Shown piece after piece: positions 29,081-37,317 of a stretch of 46,488 bases of DNA. The position numbers were made by a program, and so were the translations under genes. Source of the DNA: a virus (taxonomy: Duplodnaviria; Caudoviricetes); the IMG/VR virus record IMGVR_UViG_3300032067_000004, positions 1 through 46,488 of that record; one strand, written 5' to 3'. Below the pieces are notes generated by a model. The model was not told where the DNA came from. It saw nothing but the letters and a program-made list of their open reading frames with translations, and did not search any database. Positions within the stretch are counted from its first letter, which is position 1. Every line of letters starts with the position of its first letter.

Positions 29081-29421
29081 GAAATTTGAACAGTGATTGG
29101 AATATTGGAATTGTTATATACCAAATTTCCCTCATTATCATAGAGGTAATCTTGTGGTTGTGGTGAAATTTCAGTTATATCAAAGATTTCAATTCCAGTA
29201 TATCTTTGAACAACTACCTTACGCCCGAATTGATAAATCGACATTGCACCCCCCGTATCTAATCCTACAGAAAGAAGAGATTTACCCGGAATTCTCCCAA
29301 ATGCTCCATTAATTGGAACGCCGCCACTACAGAGAGAAAATACTCCAACCTTTTGTGCAGTCGGCGAATTGGCAGGTTCACTGCCAGCATAAAATTCAGC
29401 TTCTCCTTTTGTAGCTAACAT
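29077..29421 (-). CDS. Hypothetical virion protein
   Basis: ORF; shares an R-x-PGK-x-L segment with the N-terminus of 30178-31053. Confidence 0.55.
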   Translation of the reverse strand: MLATKGEAEFYAGSEPANSPTAQKVGVFSLCSGGVPINGAFGRIPGKSLLSVGLDTGGAMSIYQFGRKVVVQRYTGIEIFDITEISPQPQDYLYDNEGNLVYNNSNIPITVQIS

Positions 29422-29437
29422 TTTGTGAGGTTACAAA

Positions 29438-30181
29438 TTATGAATTTTTGATTGCGCCAACACAATGCAATTTTATTAAATTGTTTAAGTAAGGCCAATA
29501 AAGATAAAAAGTATTTAGATTTGAATTATTGACTAAAGGAAATGAAGCTTGTGCTCCTGATGTTGATCCTGACAATCCTTGTAAAAAAGTAGTTAAAGTG
29601 GTTACATCATCACCTTCAGCGGGTAACGAGATTCCAGTTTGAGTTGCCCAATTCATATATAAAGTTTGATTAATTGGATTGTATATGAATCGAATGCCTA
29701 ACATCGAAAAAGGAGTGCTAGTTACTCCTTGTGAAAGATCGGCTTGAAAAAGTGTTCCCCCATTTTGTTGAAAATTACCATTATAAATACAAGTAGGAGA
29801 TAACCAACCTAGCGTATTGACTCCTGCATTTACTTGTGAGGGTCCACCCATTAATCCTGCTAATCCTACGAAATTTGGATTTCCTGCAACATCAATGGCA
29901 GAAGACAAACTTTGTGATATTCCAAAATTGAATAAGTTAGCTAGATTATCTTCTAACTGTCTCTCATTTACTAATGCAGAAGTTGAACCACTAGTTCCAC
30001 ATTCACAATGAATAATGCCAATGGACATATCATTCCATTGACCTGAAAAAAAATCTCTGAAATAATAAGCACGTGGAGGAAGAATTAATCCGGCATCTCC
30101 TGTGCCATTAAATTGATATAGTTGTCCCCAATCAGCAGCGGTTGGCATAGCAATTCCTATCGTTGGAATAGTTTCGATCAT
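29438..30181 (-). CDS. Hypothetical virion protein
   Basis: ORF in the late operon. Confidence 0.6.
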   Translation of the reverse strand: MIETIPTIGIAMPTAADWGQLYQFNGTGDAGLILPPRAYYFRDFFSGQWNDMSIGIIHCECGTSGSTSALVNERQLEDNLANLFNFGISQSLSSAIDVAGNPNFVGLAGLMGGPSQVNAGVNTLGWLSPTCIYNGNFQQNGGTLFQADLSQGVTSTPFSMLGIRFIYNPINQTLYMNWATQTGISLPAEGDDVTTLTTFLQGLSGSTSGAQASFPLVNNSNLNTFYLYWPYLNNLIKLHCVGAIKNS

Positions 30182-31053
30182 TGGACTTTATTATAACTTG
30201 CATCAGCATATACATCCCAAATTGCAGGAGTAGGCCAAGGAGGTCCGGGGCAATCGCCAACTAGCAATCCAAGTTGTTTATTACTCATTCTACCATAACT
30301 TACACCATGAAAAAATCCTTTTTGACCTACAAGAATAGCTAATACTGAAACTGTATCCAATACAGGAGAAGAAGGATTTAACCTGTAACGAATAATATCG
30401 TCAAAGGTTACAGTTGGAGTTCCTTGCCCTTGGCATGCATTATTAGCTTGGCCTTCTTGGTGTTGTAGCAAGATAGAAGGTGCATAATGATTAGGAGGAT
30501 AAAGATAACCTGGACTCGTTGGATCAACAGGTGTTTCAGGAGTTGTTGGAGTAGAAACTGGAACAGGTTGGAGAGAAGGTGTATTTGAAATTCCACCCAC
30601 TGGAACACTAGCAAAAATCTTAAAAGGATCAATTATCCCTTGGATAATTGTTTCACAAATTCCAACTGAATTAGGCCAAATGCCTGCTCCCCATAAATTA
30701 GAAATTAAGCCATCAGGAGAGTAGCCTGAGAAATCGTCAAACCAAATTGCATTGTTTGGAGGTAATGCTGGAATCGTAATTGTTGGAGGAGTAACAGGAG
30801 TTATTTGAATTGTTCCTCCAAAATCAGTAAGCATATAATTTCTGCCATACGTATTGTAAAATACATAAATGGCAGAAACAGGACCATTTTCTACTTCTTG
30901 TAAAGTCTTACCGGGAAATCGCTGATGCAATCCGATAAGTGCAGGATACCCACCACTAACCAACTGCAACTGTTTAAAGTCTTGTTGGTTAATGCCTGCA
31001 AAGGCAAGTGTAGTTTGTCCTTTACTTTCCAGCATATTCTGCGCGCGCAGCAA
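30178..31053 (-). CDS. Hypothetical virion protein
   Basis: ORF in the late operon with Pro/Thr linkers. Confidence 0.6.
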   Translation of the reverse strand: MLRAQNMLESKGQTTLAFAGINQQDFKQLQLVSGGYPALIGLHQRFPGKTLQEVENGPVSAIYVFYNTYGRNYMLTDFGGTIQITPVTPPTITIPALPPNNAIWFDDFSGYSPDGLISNLWGAGIWPNSVGICETIIQGIIDPFKIFASVPVGGISNTPSLQPVPVSTPTTPETPVDPTSPGYLYPPNHYAPSILLQHQEGQANNACQGQGTPTVTFDDIIRYRLNPSSPVLDTVSVLAILVGQKGFFHGVSYGRMSNKQLGLLVGDCPGPPWPTPAIWDVYADASYNKVQ

Positions 31054-31612
31054 TTAAAGCTTCATTTGCCATTCCTCGCATTACCTGCCCTTTTGCTGTA
31101 TCCTTCATAAACCACATGCGAGCCATTACAAAAAGTTGGAGAACATTTTCCAATGCAGGAACAGGAATTACATCCGAATCATTCAGCAATTGTGGCCTTT
31201 TGTAATATGACAAATTAATTTGATCACCTGTATTAAAGGCTGTATATGGATAAACAAAAATTGTCTGTCCTTGAATCACATAGAAATTTGGATACCCTTG
31301 AAAATTTTGTAGAAAAGTAGAGTATATCCCTTTCACTAATTGTTTAGCATTTGTCCATTGTGGATTTATATCAGGATTTGGAAGATACATCATATTTTCC
31401 AAAAGCTGATAATCAGAGGGTAACGAAAAAGAAGAAGTCTGATCTACAGAAGCAGTAAAAATATAGCTAGTGATTAAGTCACTGTATTTATGTTTTCCTG
31501 TAAGCTTTGTAAGTTCTTGATTGATTAGCCAATCAATTAAATTCTGATATTCACGAATACCTTGAATCATCGCTTCCGCGCGAATCAAATCTCGAAGTTC
31601 AGCTAAAACCAT
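31022..31612 (-). CDS. Head-tail adaptor / tail tubular protein A-like, paralog 2
   Basis: FSLPSDY...GYP..Y...VYP...YYKRP pattern. Confidence 0.65.
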   Translation of the reverse strand: MVLAELRDLIRAEAMIQGIREYQNLIDWLINQELTKLTGKHKYSDLITSYIFTASVDQTSSFSLPSDYQLLENMMYLPNPDINPQWTNAKQLVKGIYSTFLQNFQGYPNFYVIQGQTIFVYPYTAFNTGDQINLSYYKRPQLLNDSDVIPVPALENVLQLFVMARMWFMKDTAKGQVMRGMANEALIAARAEYAGK

Positions 31613-31615
31613 TTG

Positions 31616-32218
31616 TTACTCCTTTTCTTCTGGAAGGTCTTTCGTATAACCTTGTGCAGCTTGTTGAATATCACCAGTAAGCATTTGAGCAACTGCCATG
31701 TCATCATCATGAAACATACGCACACGGCGAATACTAGCTGCAATAATAAAAGGTTCGAGGCGAGGGATTGGATTTTCTTGAGTGAGTATTTCTTCTGTAA
31801 CAATAGGAGGAATTTTGTAATATACCAAATTTATAAAATCTCCTGTTACAATTGAAGATGAAGGATTAACAAAAATCTGATTATTTTCAATAATTTCAAA
31901 GGATTTAGGATGCCCATACATTCCAATAGGAGCAGGTTGTGCTGCTCCGTCTTGATCAACTAATCCCCAAACACGTCCTGTATCCGCATCATTGAAAAGA
32001 ATTTCATGCCATAGATAAAAATCTTGTGGCAGATTAAAAAGTGAATTCCCTGTTGTTAATGGAATCTTTTCTGCTTTTCTTAATTCCCACGGACGATTAT
32101 TTTGAACAGCTTCTTTAAACTGTTGATTTATAATTCCAAAAACTATTTCATCAAGGGTATCATCTTGTTTGATACGTGCCTCTCCCTTGATTTGATCTAA
32201 CATTTCTTGAAAAAGCAT
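31616..32218 (-). CDS. Head-tail adaptor / tail tubular protein A-like, paralog 1
   Basis: FNLPQDF...GHP..F...VNP...YYKIP pattern. Confidence 0.65.
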   Translation of the reverse strand: MLFQEMLDQIKGEARIKQDDTLDEIVFGIINQQFKEAVQNNRPWELRKAEKIPLTTGNSLFNLPQDFYLWHEILFNDADTGRVWGLVDQDGAAQPAPIGMYGHPKSFEIIENNQIFVNPSSSIVTGDFINLVYYKIPPIVTEEILTQENPIPRLEPFIIAASIRRVRMFHDDDMAVAQMLTGDIQQAAQGYTKDLPEEKE

Positions 32219-32220
32219 AT

Positions 32221-32271
32221 GAAAAAAGTAAGAAGGGGCGGAAACCGCGCGTCTACGGTTCCGCCCCTTCT
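32221..32271 (-). terminator. Intrinsic terminator after the capsid genes
   Basis: AGAAGGGGCGGAA/TTCCGCCCCTTCT stem followed by TACTTTTTT on the minus strand. Confidence 0.8.
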
Positions 32272-32297
32272 ATCAGACACTCCCCCTATGAAGTTGT

Positions 32298-33053
32298 TTA
32301 GGCATCCATGTAAATGTTCATCTGACCAGCAGTAGATGCAATATCTCCGCCTGTCAGCGTGGCATTCGCAAATGAACCATTGCTTAAGGTTTCAGTAGTT
32401 GCAACTGAATTTGCTCCGGTTCCTGCATTAATAGCAGTCAATGTGACAACACCCGCCAAGGAAGTTGCAGTTACACTCGCATTTGCAACTGTTCCTGTTC
32501 CATATGTTGTGCCTGAACCTGCTCCCGCATTAATAGCAGAAGCAAGATTTGCTGCCATCGCGGTAATATCCGCGCCAATTAATACGTTGTTTGCTGTATT
32601 TGTCAGCACAGTGTTGAACGTATATGTCTGTCCCCCAATTGTGACAGTTTGAGTATTCGCGCTTGTGGTTGAAGTAATCGTCAATACTCCTGTTGCTTTT
32701 ACAGCATTAGAAGTAAATGAAGCGGTAATTGTGGTTCCCGCTGTAATTTCAAACTTCTTTTCTGTAGCGAAACCTACTGAACCGGGAGTAGAATCTCCTG
32801 CGGCAAAATAGGCACTCGGGTTTCCAGTATTTCCAATCAACAGCGCGTTGCTGCCATTGGTTGTTGCAGTATTCGTATTAACGCAAATGCGGAGCAAAAC
32901 TGGCCCATTTCGGCCAGTCCCCGGATCAGCGACAAGTTGAATCGACTGCGACTGACCAACAAGAAGTTGCCATTGTTTCTGGACCCTGATGACGGGCAAA
33001 ACGTCATTTGGGTTTACCAGATTAAATGGTCCTTTTGCGTGTCCGCGGCTCAT
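32298..33053 (-). CDS. Putative capsid decoration / fibre protein
   Basis: Thr/Ala/Gly-rich beta domain (TVTIGGQTYTF...ANLASAINA) directly after the major capsid gene. Confidence 0.55.
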   Translation of the reverse strand: MSRGHAKGPFNLVNPNDVLPVIRVQKQWQLLVGQSQSIQLVADPGTGRNGPVLLRICVNTNTATTNGSNALLIGNTGNPSAYFAAGDSTPGSVGFATEKKFEITAGTTITASFTSNAVKATGVLTITSTTSANTQTVTIGGQTYTFNTVLTNTANNVLIGADITAMAANLASAINAGAGSGTTYGTGTVANASVTATSLAGVVTLTAINAGTGANSVATTETLSNGSFANATLTGGDIASTAGQMNIYMDA

Positions 33054-33078
33054 GTTTTTGTAAGCTTACAAACTTTGG

Positions 33079-34005
33079 TTAAGCTGGACCAACCGCACCA
33101 ATCCCACGCGCGGTTTCGTATCCAGCAGTGAACCGCATGCGCATCGCACTGTAATAAACATGAGGATTATCCCCATATACTTGCAACGGCGTGATTTCTG
33201 GCGCAACACGGTCAATCAAGGTCAACCCATACTGCGGCGCGCTCACATCCCAACCCACATACCAGAAGTTAGGATTAGTCAAATACCGAAGTGGAACGCA
33301 CTTGATATTAAACATTTTTGCCGCATTATTGCGATTATCCGTCGTGTCCGGATTCATCTGCGAATTGACGACAGACCATGCTGCCTCTACATAAGCAGAA
33401 TTAATCCACGGAACAAACAAATTAACCGATCCTGTGTAAGAAATCGGCATATTGTTGGTATCCGTCAACAACATCAGCAATTGAGTGATGGCATTGAAAA
33501 CCGATTCAGTCGTGATTGGAACTGCGGACGGAATGATATTCGTCCAATTTCCCGAACCATTTTCACGTGGATGTGCAACGGAAAACAGAGGTTGCCCGTC
33601 AATTGAATATGGCATTGTTGAAGTGCCACTATTCAAAATGTCAGCAGCAACCATATCCTTGATTACCACTGCACCTCGAATCATTGACTTTGGACGATCA
33701 GCAAGAAGCTTCCAAAGTTCATCTTCAATCGACTGTTTGTCGATTACATATCCCAGCCGATACTGGACAGGGATGAACATCGAAGGGAAACCCTTTGGAG
33801 GCATCGCAATTGGGAGAGGTTCAGTATCCCGATTACGGAAAGGAAGTCCCAATCCACCGATATAATTTCGCTTCTCAAACGGACGAGAAGAGGATTCTTC
33901 TCGCATGTAGTTCGGGAATTCCTTTGGGAGCAGCGTATACATCTCATCCTTGAACAAGGAAAAGTTGTAATCGAAGTGCTCCGCGATTTCTTCCATGATA
34001 ATCAT
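33079..34005 (-). CDS. Major capsid protein (HK97 fold, Mu gpT-like)
   Basis: IDKQSIEDE and DGQPLFSVAHP motifs; 308 aa; downstream of the scaffold gene. Confidence 0.85.
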   Translation of the reverse strand: MIIMEEIAEHFDYNFSLFKDEMYTLLPKEFPNYMREESSSRPFEKRNYIGGLGLPFRNRDTEPLPIAMPPKGFPSMFIPVQYRLGYVIDKQSIEDELWKLLADRPKSMIRGAVVIKDMVAADILNSGTSTMPYSIDGQPLFSVAHPRENGSGNWTNIIPSAVPITTESVFNAITQLLMLLTDTNNMPISYTGSVNLFVPWINSAYVEAAWSVVNSQMNPDTTDNRNNAAKMFNIKCVPLRYLTNPNFWYVGWDVSAPQYGLTLIDRVAPEITPLQVYGDNPHVYYSAMRMRFTAGYETARGIGAVGPA

Positions 34006-34026
34006 AGATTTGTAAGATGCTAAATG

Positions 34027-34572
34027 TTAACCGATTTTCTGTTGTGCTGCGGCTACCACTTCCACGATAACCACTGGATTATACGTGGCAGAAGTTTGCG
34101 CGGTTCCTCCCCACTGTGATGGGATGTCCACTACAGTAAAGAAAAGATTGGAAGTATCGGAAACATTCAAGGCATGATTTCCATTTCCGAGTTTGATAAT
34201 CCCATAACTACTACCTTTAGTGATAGCAGAGAGTTGTGGCGCACTGTTTGCCTGCCCCACATGACCAGAAGAATCTGTCACTGAAACAGTAAAACGCTGA
34301 CCGGGTAGCGCATAAGGAAAATGCTTTGTCCCAAAAGGGATGTAAGGCATTGTAGGGAGAGTGCCTGATGGCTGAGAAACATCTGGCACTAATCCACACG
34401 ATGAGGTTCCACCTGTTGCAACGGCTGCCAACACTCCGGCAGTCAACACAACAAATGTGTGAGCATTGAAGGTATTAGAACCGTTGTCTAGTCCCAATTC
34501 ACCTCCAATATTTTCTGGTCGGTTGGTTAGGCTCCGCGAAAACAATTGCGGAGTCGTCATTGGCATATCCAT
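34027..34572 (-). CDS. Putative capsid cement / minor head protein
   Basis: Beta-rich ORF immediately upstream of the major capsid gene. Confidence 0.55.
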   Translation of the reverse strand: MDMPMTTPQLFSRSLTNRPENIGGELGLDNGSNTFNAHTFVVLTAGVLAAVATGGTSSCGLVPDVSQPSGTLPTMPYIPFGTKHFPYALPGQRFTVSVTDSSGHVGQANSAPQLSAITKGSSYGIIKLGNGNHALNVSDTSNLFFTVVDIPSQWGGTAQTSATYNPVVIVEVVAAAQQKIG

Positions 34573-34614
34573 TTGCTAGGGTCTTTCTTGGTTTGTTTTT
34601 GTTAGATTACAAAA

Positions 34615-35238
34615 CTATTGAAGTTCAACTTCGCTAGCTTCGTGAAGGCGGGTTGGCTTGGCTCCCGTAGACTGCCCTGCCATATAGACAGAACCTTCCT
34701 CTTCTTCCTCGAAAAGCTTACTATACTTTTTCAAGACAGAATGAGAAAGCATTCCTCCCACATCTTCGGGATTTTCCGCAGAAGCCGCTTCTGCTTGCTC
34801 GCGCCGAATACGTTCACGGCTAGTTTGAGCGTAAATTTTATTACAAGCACCTTGAAGTGCGCGTGGACGCATCATCAAAACGAATTTTCTTTTACCAATT
34901 ACTCGCGTAAAAGGTTCCATCACAGGAGGTAATTTTGGACGGTCTGGAAGCTTCTTTTTCTTTTCTTCTTCGGTTAGTCCAGTCAAAATTTCCAGATATT
35001 TCTGTTCGATAATGGCTTCTGTTTTTTCACGATTAACAACTTTGTAAACTTGCCAACCATCTGCTGCAACATTCGCATCAACAAGAATTTCTTTTTGCTG
35101 TGCTTCAATCACACCTGCACCTTCTTCTTCCCAACGAGAAGTCATATTCGCTGGAAAACCGGGAGGAAGAGCAAATTTTGAGCCAGTAAGTGGATTCGCA
35201 ACCGTTCCTGCTTCGAGAATTGAAAGTCCTTCGATCAT
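34615..35238 (-). CDS. Hypothetical head-region protein
   Basis: ORF between the scaffold and capsid genes. Confidence 0.6.
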   Translation of the reverse strand: MIEGLSILEAGTVANPLTGSKFALPPGFPANMTSRWEEEGAGVIEAQQKEILVDANVAADGWQVYKVVNREKTEAIIEQKYLEILTGLTEEEKKKKLPDRPKLPPVMEPFTRVIGKRKFVLMMRPRALQGACNKIYAQTSRERIRREQAEAASAENPEDVGGMLSHSVLKKYSKLFEEEEEGSVYMAGQSTGAKPTRLHEASEVELQ

Positions 35239-35239
35239 A

Positions 35240-36139
35240 TTATTTCTTCTTTGCAGGCATTCCAGCAGTCATAAAACCTGTGATTTTGCTCATGATGTCA
35301 GTCGTTTGTGGATCACGAGCAACAGGCGCCCCATTGTTGTTTCCATTTTGTGAGGTTACAACTGTGCCTCCTCCTGACATTCCACCACCTTTACCAAAAC
35401 GCGGAACAGCGTCCTCCACTTTTTCTTTTTTCAAAGCGTCAGGATTTGTGCGAGCAAGTTTTCCGTATGCCATGTTTAGCAAATGGTTAAGAGTTTCGGC
35501 ATTGACAACTCTCCCGTTGTCTTTGAGTTGTTTAACCGCAGTGTAAATTTCTTGTTTGATTTCCGGAATTCGGAAAGCATCTGAGTTGGCTGTTTCAAAA
35601 TCCGAAACTGCTTGGTCTGATTGAACATTACCAACTCCTCCTGCAACCTGTGCCAATTTTGAATCGAATTCCTTTTGATTTTCTTGGTATTCAACCTCGA
35701 AAAGCTTGGCATGGGCCAAAGCAACATCAGGTTTGATTCCTTGTGCTTCAAAACGGGCTGCGCGGGCCAAAATACGCGCATCAGCAGTATTTGGCGGGTT
35801 TGTGTTAGAAGCAGAGGCATTAGGATCGAGATTGTGACGGCGCACAACAGTATCCAGCTTATCCGCTCTGGCTTGCTGATTTCTCCCGAATTCTTGTGCT
35901 TTTTCTGCTCTAGTGTTTGCATCTGTGACTGTTTTTTGTAAGGTTACAATACCTTCTCTTGCGGCTGTTACTTTTTCACGAACACTGTCTGGAAGTTCAT
36001 CCAAATCAATGCCTTCAAAATGTTTCAGCAAGTCATTCGATGCGGCTGAGTCAGGCACAGCACCTCCTTGCATACGCAAGGCTTTTGCAAAAGTGAGAAG
36101 CGGTGAGGGACTCAACCACTTCTGCAACTCTTCACTCAT
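35240..36139 (-). CDS. Putative scaffolding protein
   Basis: Helical, charged, coiled-coil-like; start placed at the ATG downstream of the promoter. Confidence 0.6.
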   Translation of the reverse strand: MSEELQKWLSPSPLLTFAKALRMQGGAVPDSAASNDLLKHFEGIDLDELPDSVREKVTAAREGIVTLQKTVTDANTRAEKAQEFGRNQQARADKLDTVVRRHNLDPNASASNTNPPNTADARILARAARFEAQGIKPDVALAHAKLFEVEYQENQKEFDSKLAQVAGGVGNVQSDQAVSDFETANSDAFRIPEIKQEIYTAVKQLKDNGRVVNAETLNHLLNMAYGKLARTNPDALKKEKVEDAVPRFGKGGGMSGGGTVVTSQNGNNNGAPVARDPQTTDIMSKITGFMTAGMPAKKK

Positions 36140-36151
36140 TATCTTATTCAT

Positions 36152-36180
36152 AATATACACTATCTCTTGTCAAATGTCAA
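36152..36180 (-). promoter_or_regulatory. Sigma70-type promoter for the head genes
   Basis: Minus strand TTGACA-17-TATATT. Confidence 0.65.
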
Positions 36181-36390
36181 CAAGATTTGCATTATTTTTT
36201 TGGTTTGTTTGCGTTGTTGCCTGATATATTCAGCAGGCAAATCCTTCTCCTCTTGTGAATCAAGTTGATTCACAAGAGGTTGAAGAAAGTGTTTTTCAAA
36301 AAATGCTTCCACCTCCTCTTTTGGCATGTCACAAAAAGTGGCAATAATTCTTGCTTCAAATTCTGTATGCTTTTTAGGAGGCGTAGACAT
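36160..36390 (-). CDS. Hypothetical protein
   Basis: 76-aa ORF in operon. Confidence 0.6.
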   Translation of the reverse strand: MSTPPKKHTEFEARIIATFCDMPKEEVEAFFEKHFLQPLVNQLDSQEEKDLPAEYIRQQRKQTKKIMQILLTFDKR

Positions 36391-36867
36391 TTATTTGGTA
36401 GGTGTAAGTTCGTAAGTTTTACCATCCACAACAGCTGGAACTCCCATATGCACCTCATATTTCAGAATGTGTGCTTCAATTCCTCCTTTATTTGGATCAG
36501 AAGGAATTTCCAATGCTTCTGCAAGTGCAATTGAAATCTCACCAATATGATGAGATGGCCCTTTATCCCCCACAACTGCATTTACTACTTTTCCATTATT
36601 CGTATTCTGAACAACTACAGCACTGCCAAGCAAAACAGGTTTCACTTGTTTAAACATTGGAATGGGAAGGACAATGAATTTGTCTACTCGTGAATTTAAT
36701 GGCTTCCCTTTATAGTGAAGAGAAGTATCAGATTGAAAACATGGATCATGCTCTTTATTTCCTCCTGCTCCATCTCCATCAATGGTTGCTCCTGCCGTAA
36801 AAGTCAGGAGTTGATTTTCATCACAGATGTTAATTTCAACATCACCAATTGTTTCAAGAATTCTCAT
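36391..36867 (-). CDS. Glycoside hydrolase family 75 (chitosanase-like) protein, candidate endolysin
   Basis: IDGDG...PLNS...FIVLP...LG...AVVGDKGP...IGEISIALAEAL matches the GH75 motif order. Confidence 0.75.
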   Translation of the reverse strand: MRILETIGDVEINICDENQLLTFTAGATIDGDGAGGNKEHDPCFQSDTSLHYKGKPLNSRVDKFIVLPIPMFKQVKPVLLGSAVVVQNTNNGKVVNAVVGDKGPSHHIGEISIALAEALEIPSDPNKGGIEAHILKYEVHMGVPAVVDGKTYELTPTK

Positions 36868-36888
36868 AATTTTTGTTAGATTACAAAA

Positions 36889-37317
36889 TTACTTTCCGCC
36901 TCCATCCAACGGAATTGAAACATTTGCAGATGCTTCTGGTCCTGTTGCTTGAGAATCGCTTACGGTAATTGTTGCGCGGCTCCCTTTTGGAAGATTGAAT
37001 GTAGGTTGAGTAGCGCATCCTACAGAAAAGAAAAAGAAAAAACCGATAAGAATCAGCGGCAAAATCTTTTGTGAACCGTCTGAAAGTGCAACTTTTGCAG
37101 GATTGTTTGTCGCTCCGTTGCCAGAAACGTCTTTGTCTTTTGCTTGAGTGAAAGCAATGAAACCTGCAATGGTTGCAGCGGCGCCAGTTACCTTCGCCAC
37201 AATAGGTGCAGGCACCCAAGAAGACAAAGTGGTTGGATTTAGAGCCAAATACATGCAAAGCATGCAAAAAAAGCCAAAAAGAGTCGTTTTCCAATTATTA
37301 CCGAATAGCGTAGTCAT
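36889..37317 (-). CDS. Putative holin, with a third hydrophobic segment ending in a lipobox-like SVGC
   Basis: NWKTT start, 2-3 TM segments, next to the candidate endolysin. Confidence 0.6.
   Translation of the reverse strand: MTTLFGNNWKTTLFGFFCMLCMYLALNPTTLSSWVPAPIVAKVTGAAATIAGFIAFTQAKDKDVSGNGATNNPAKVALSDGSQKILPLILIGFFFFFSVGCATQPTFNLPKGSRATITVSDSQATGPEASANVSIPLDGGGK

Noticed and set aside
36881-37294. Alternative-frame 137-aa ORF as an embedded spanin gene
   Set aside because: No lipoprotein signal, and its Arg/Cys/Phe-rich composition is typical of a shadow frame.
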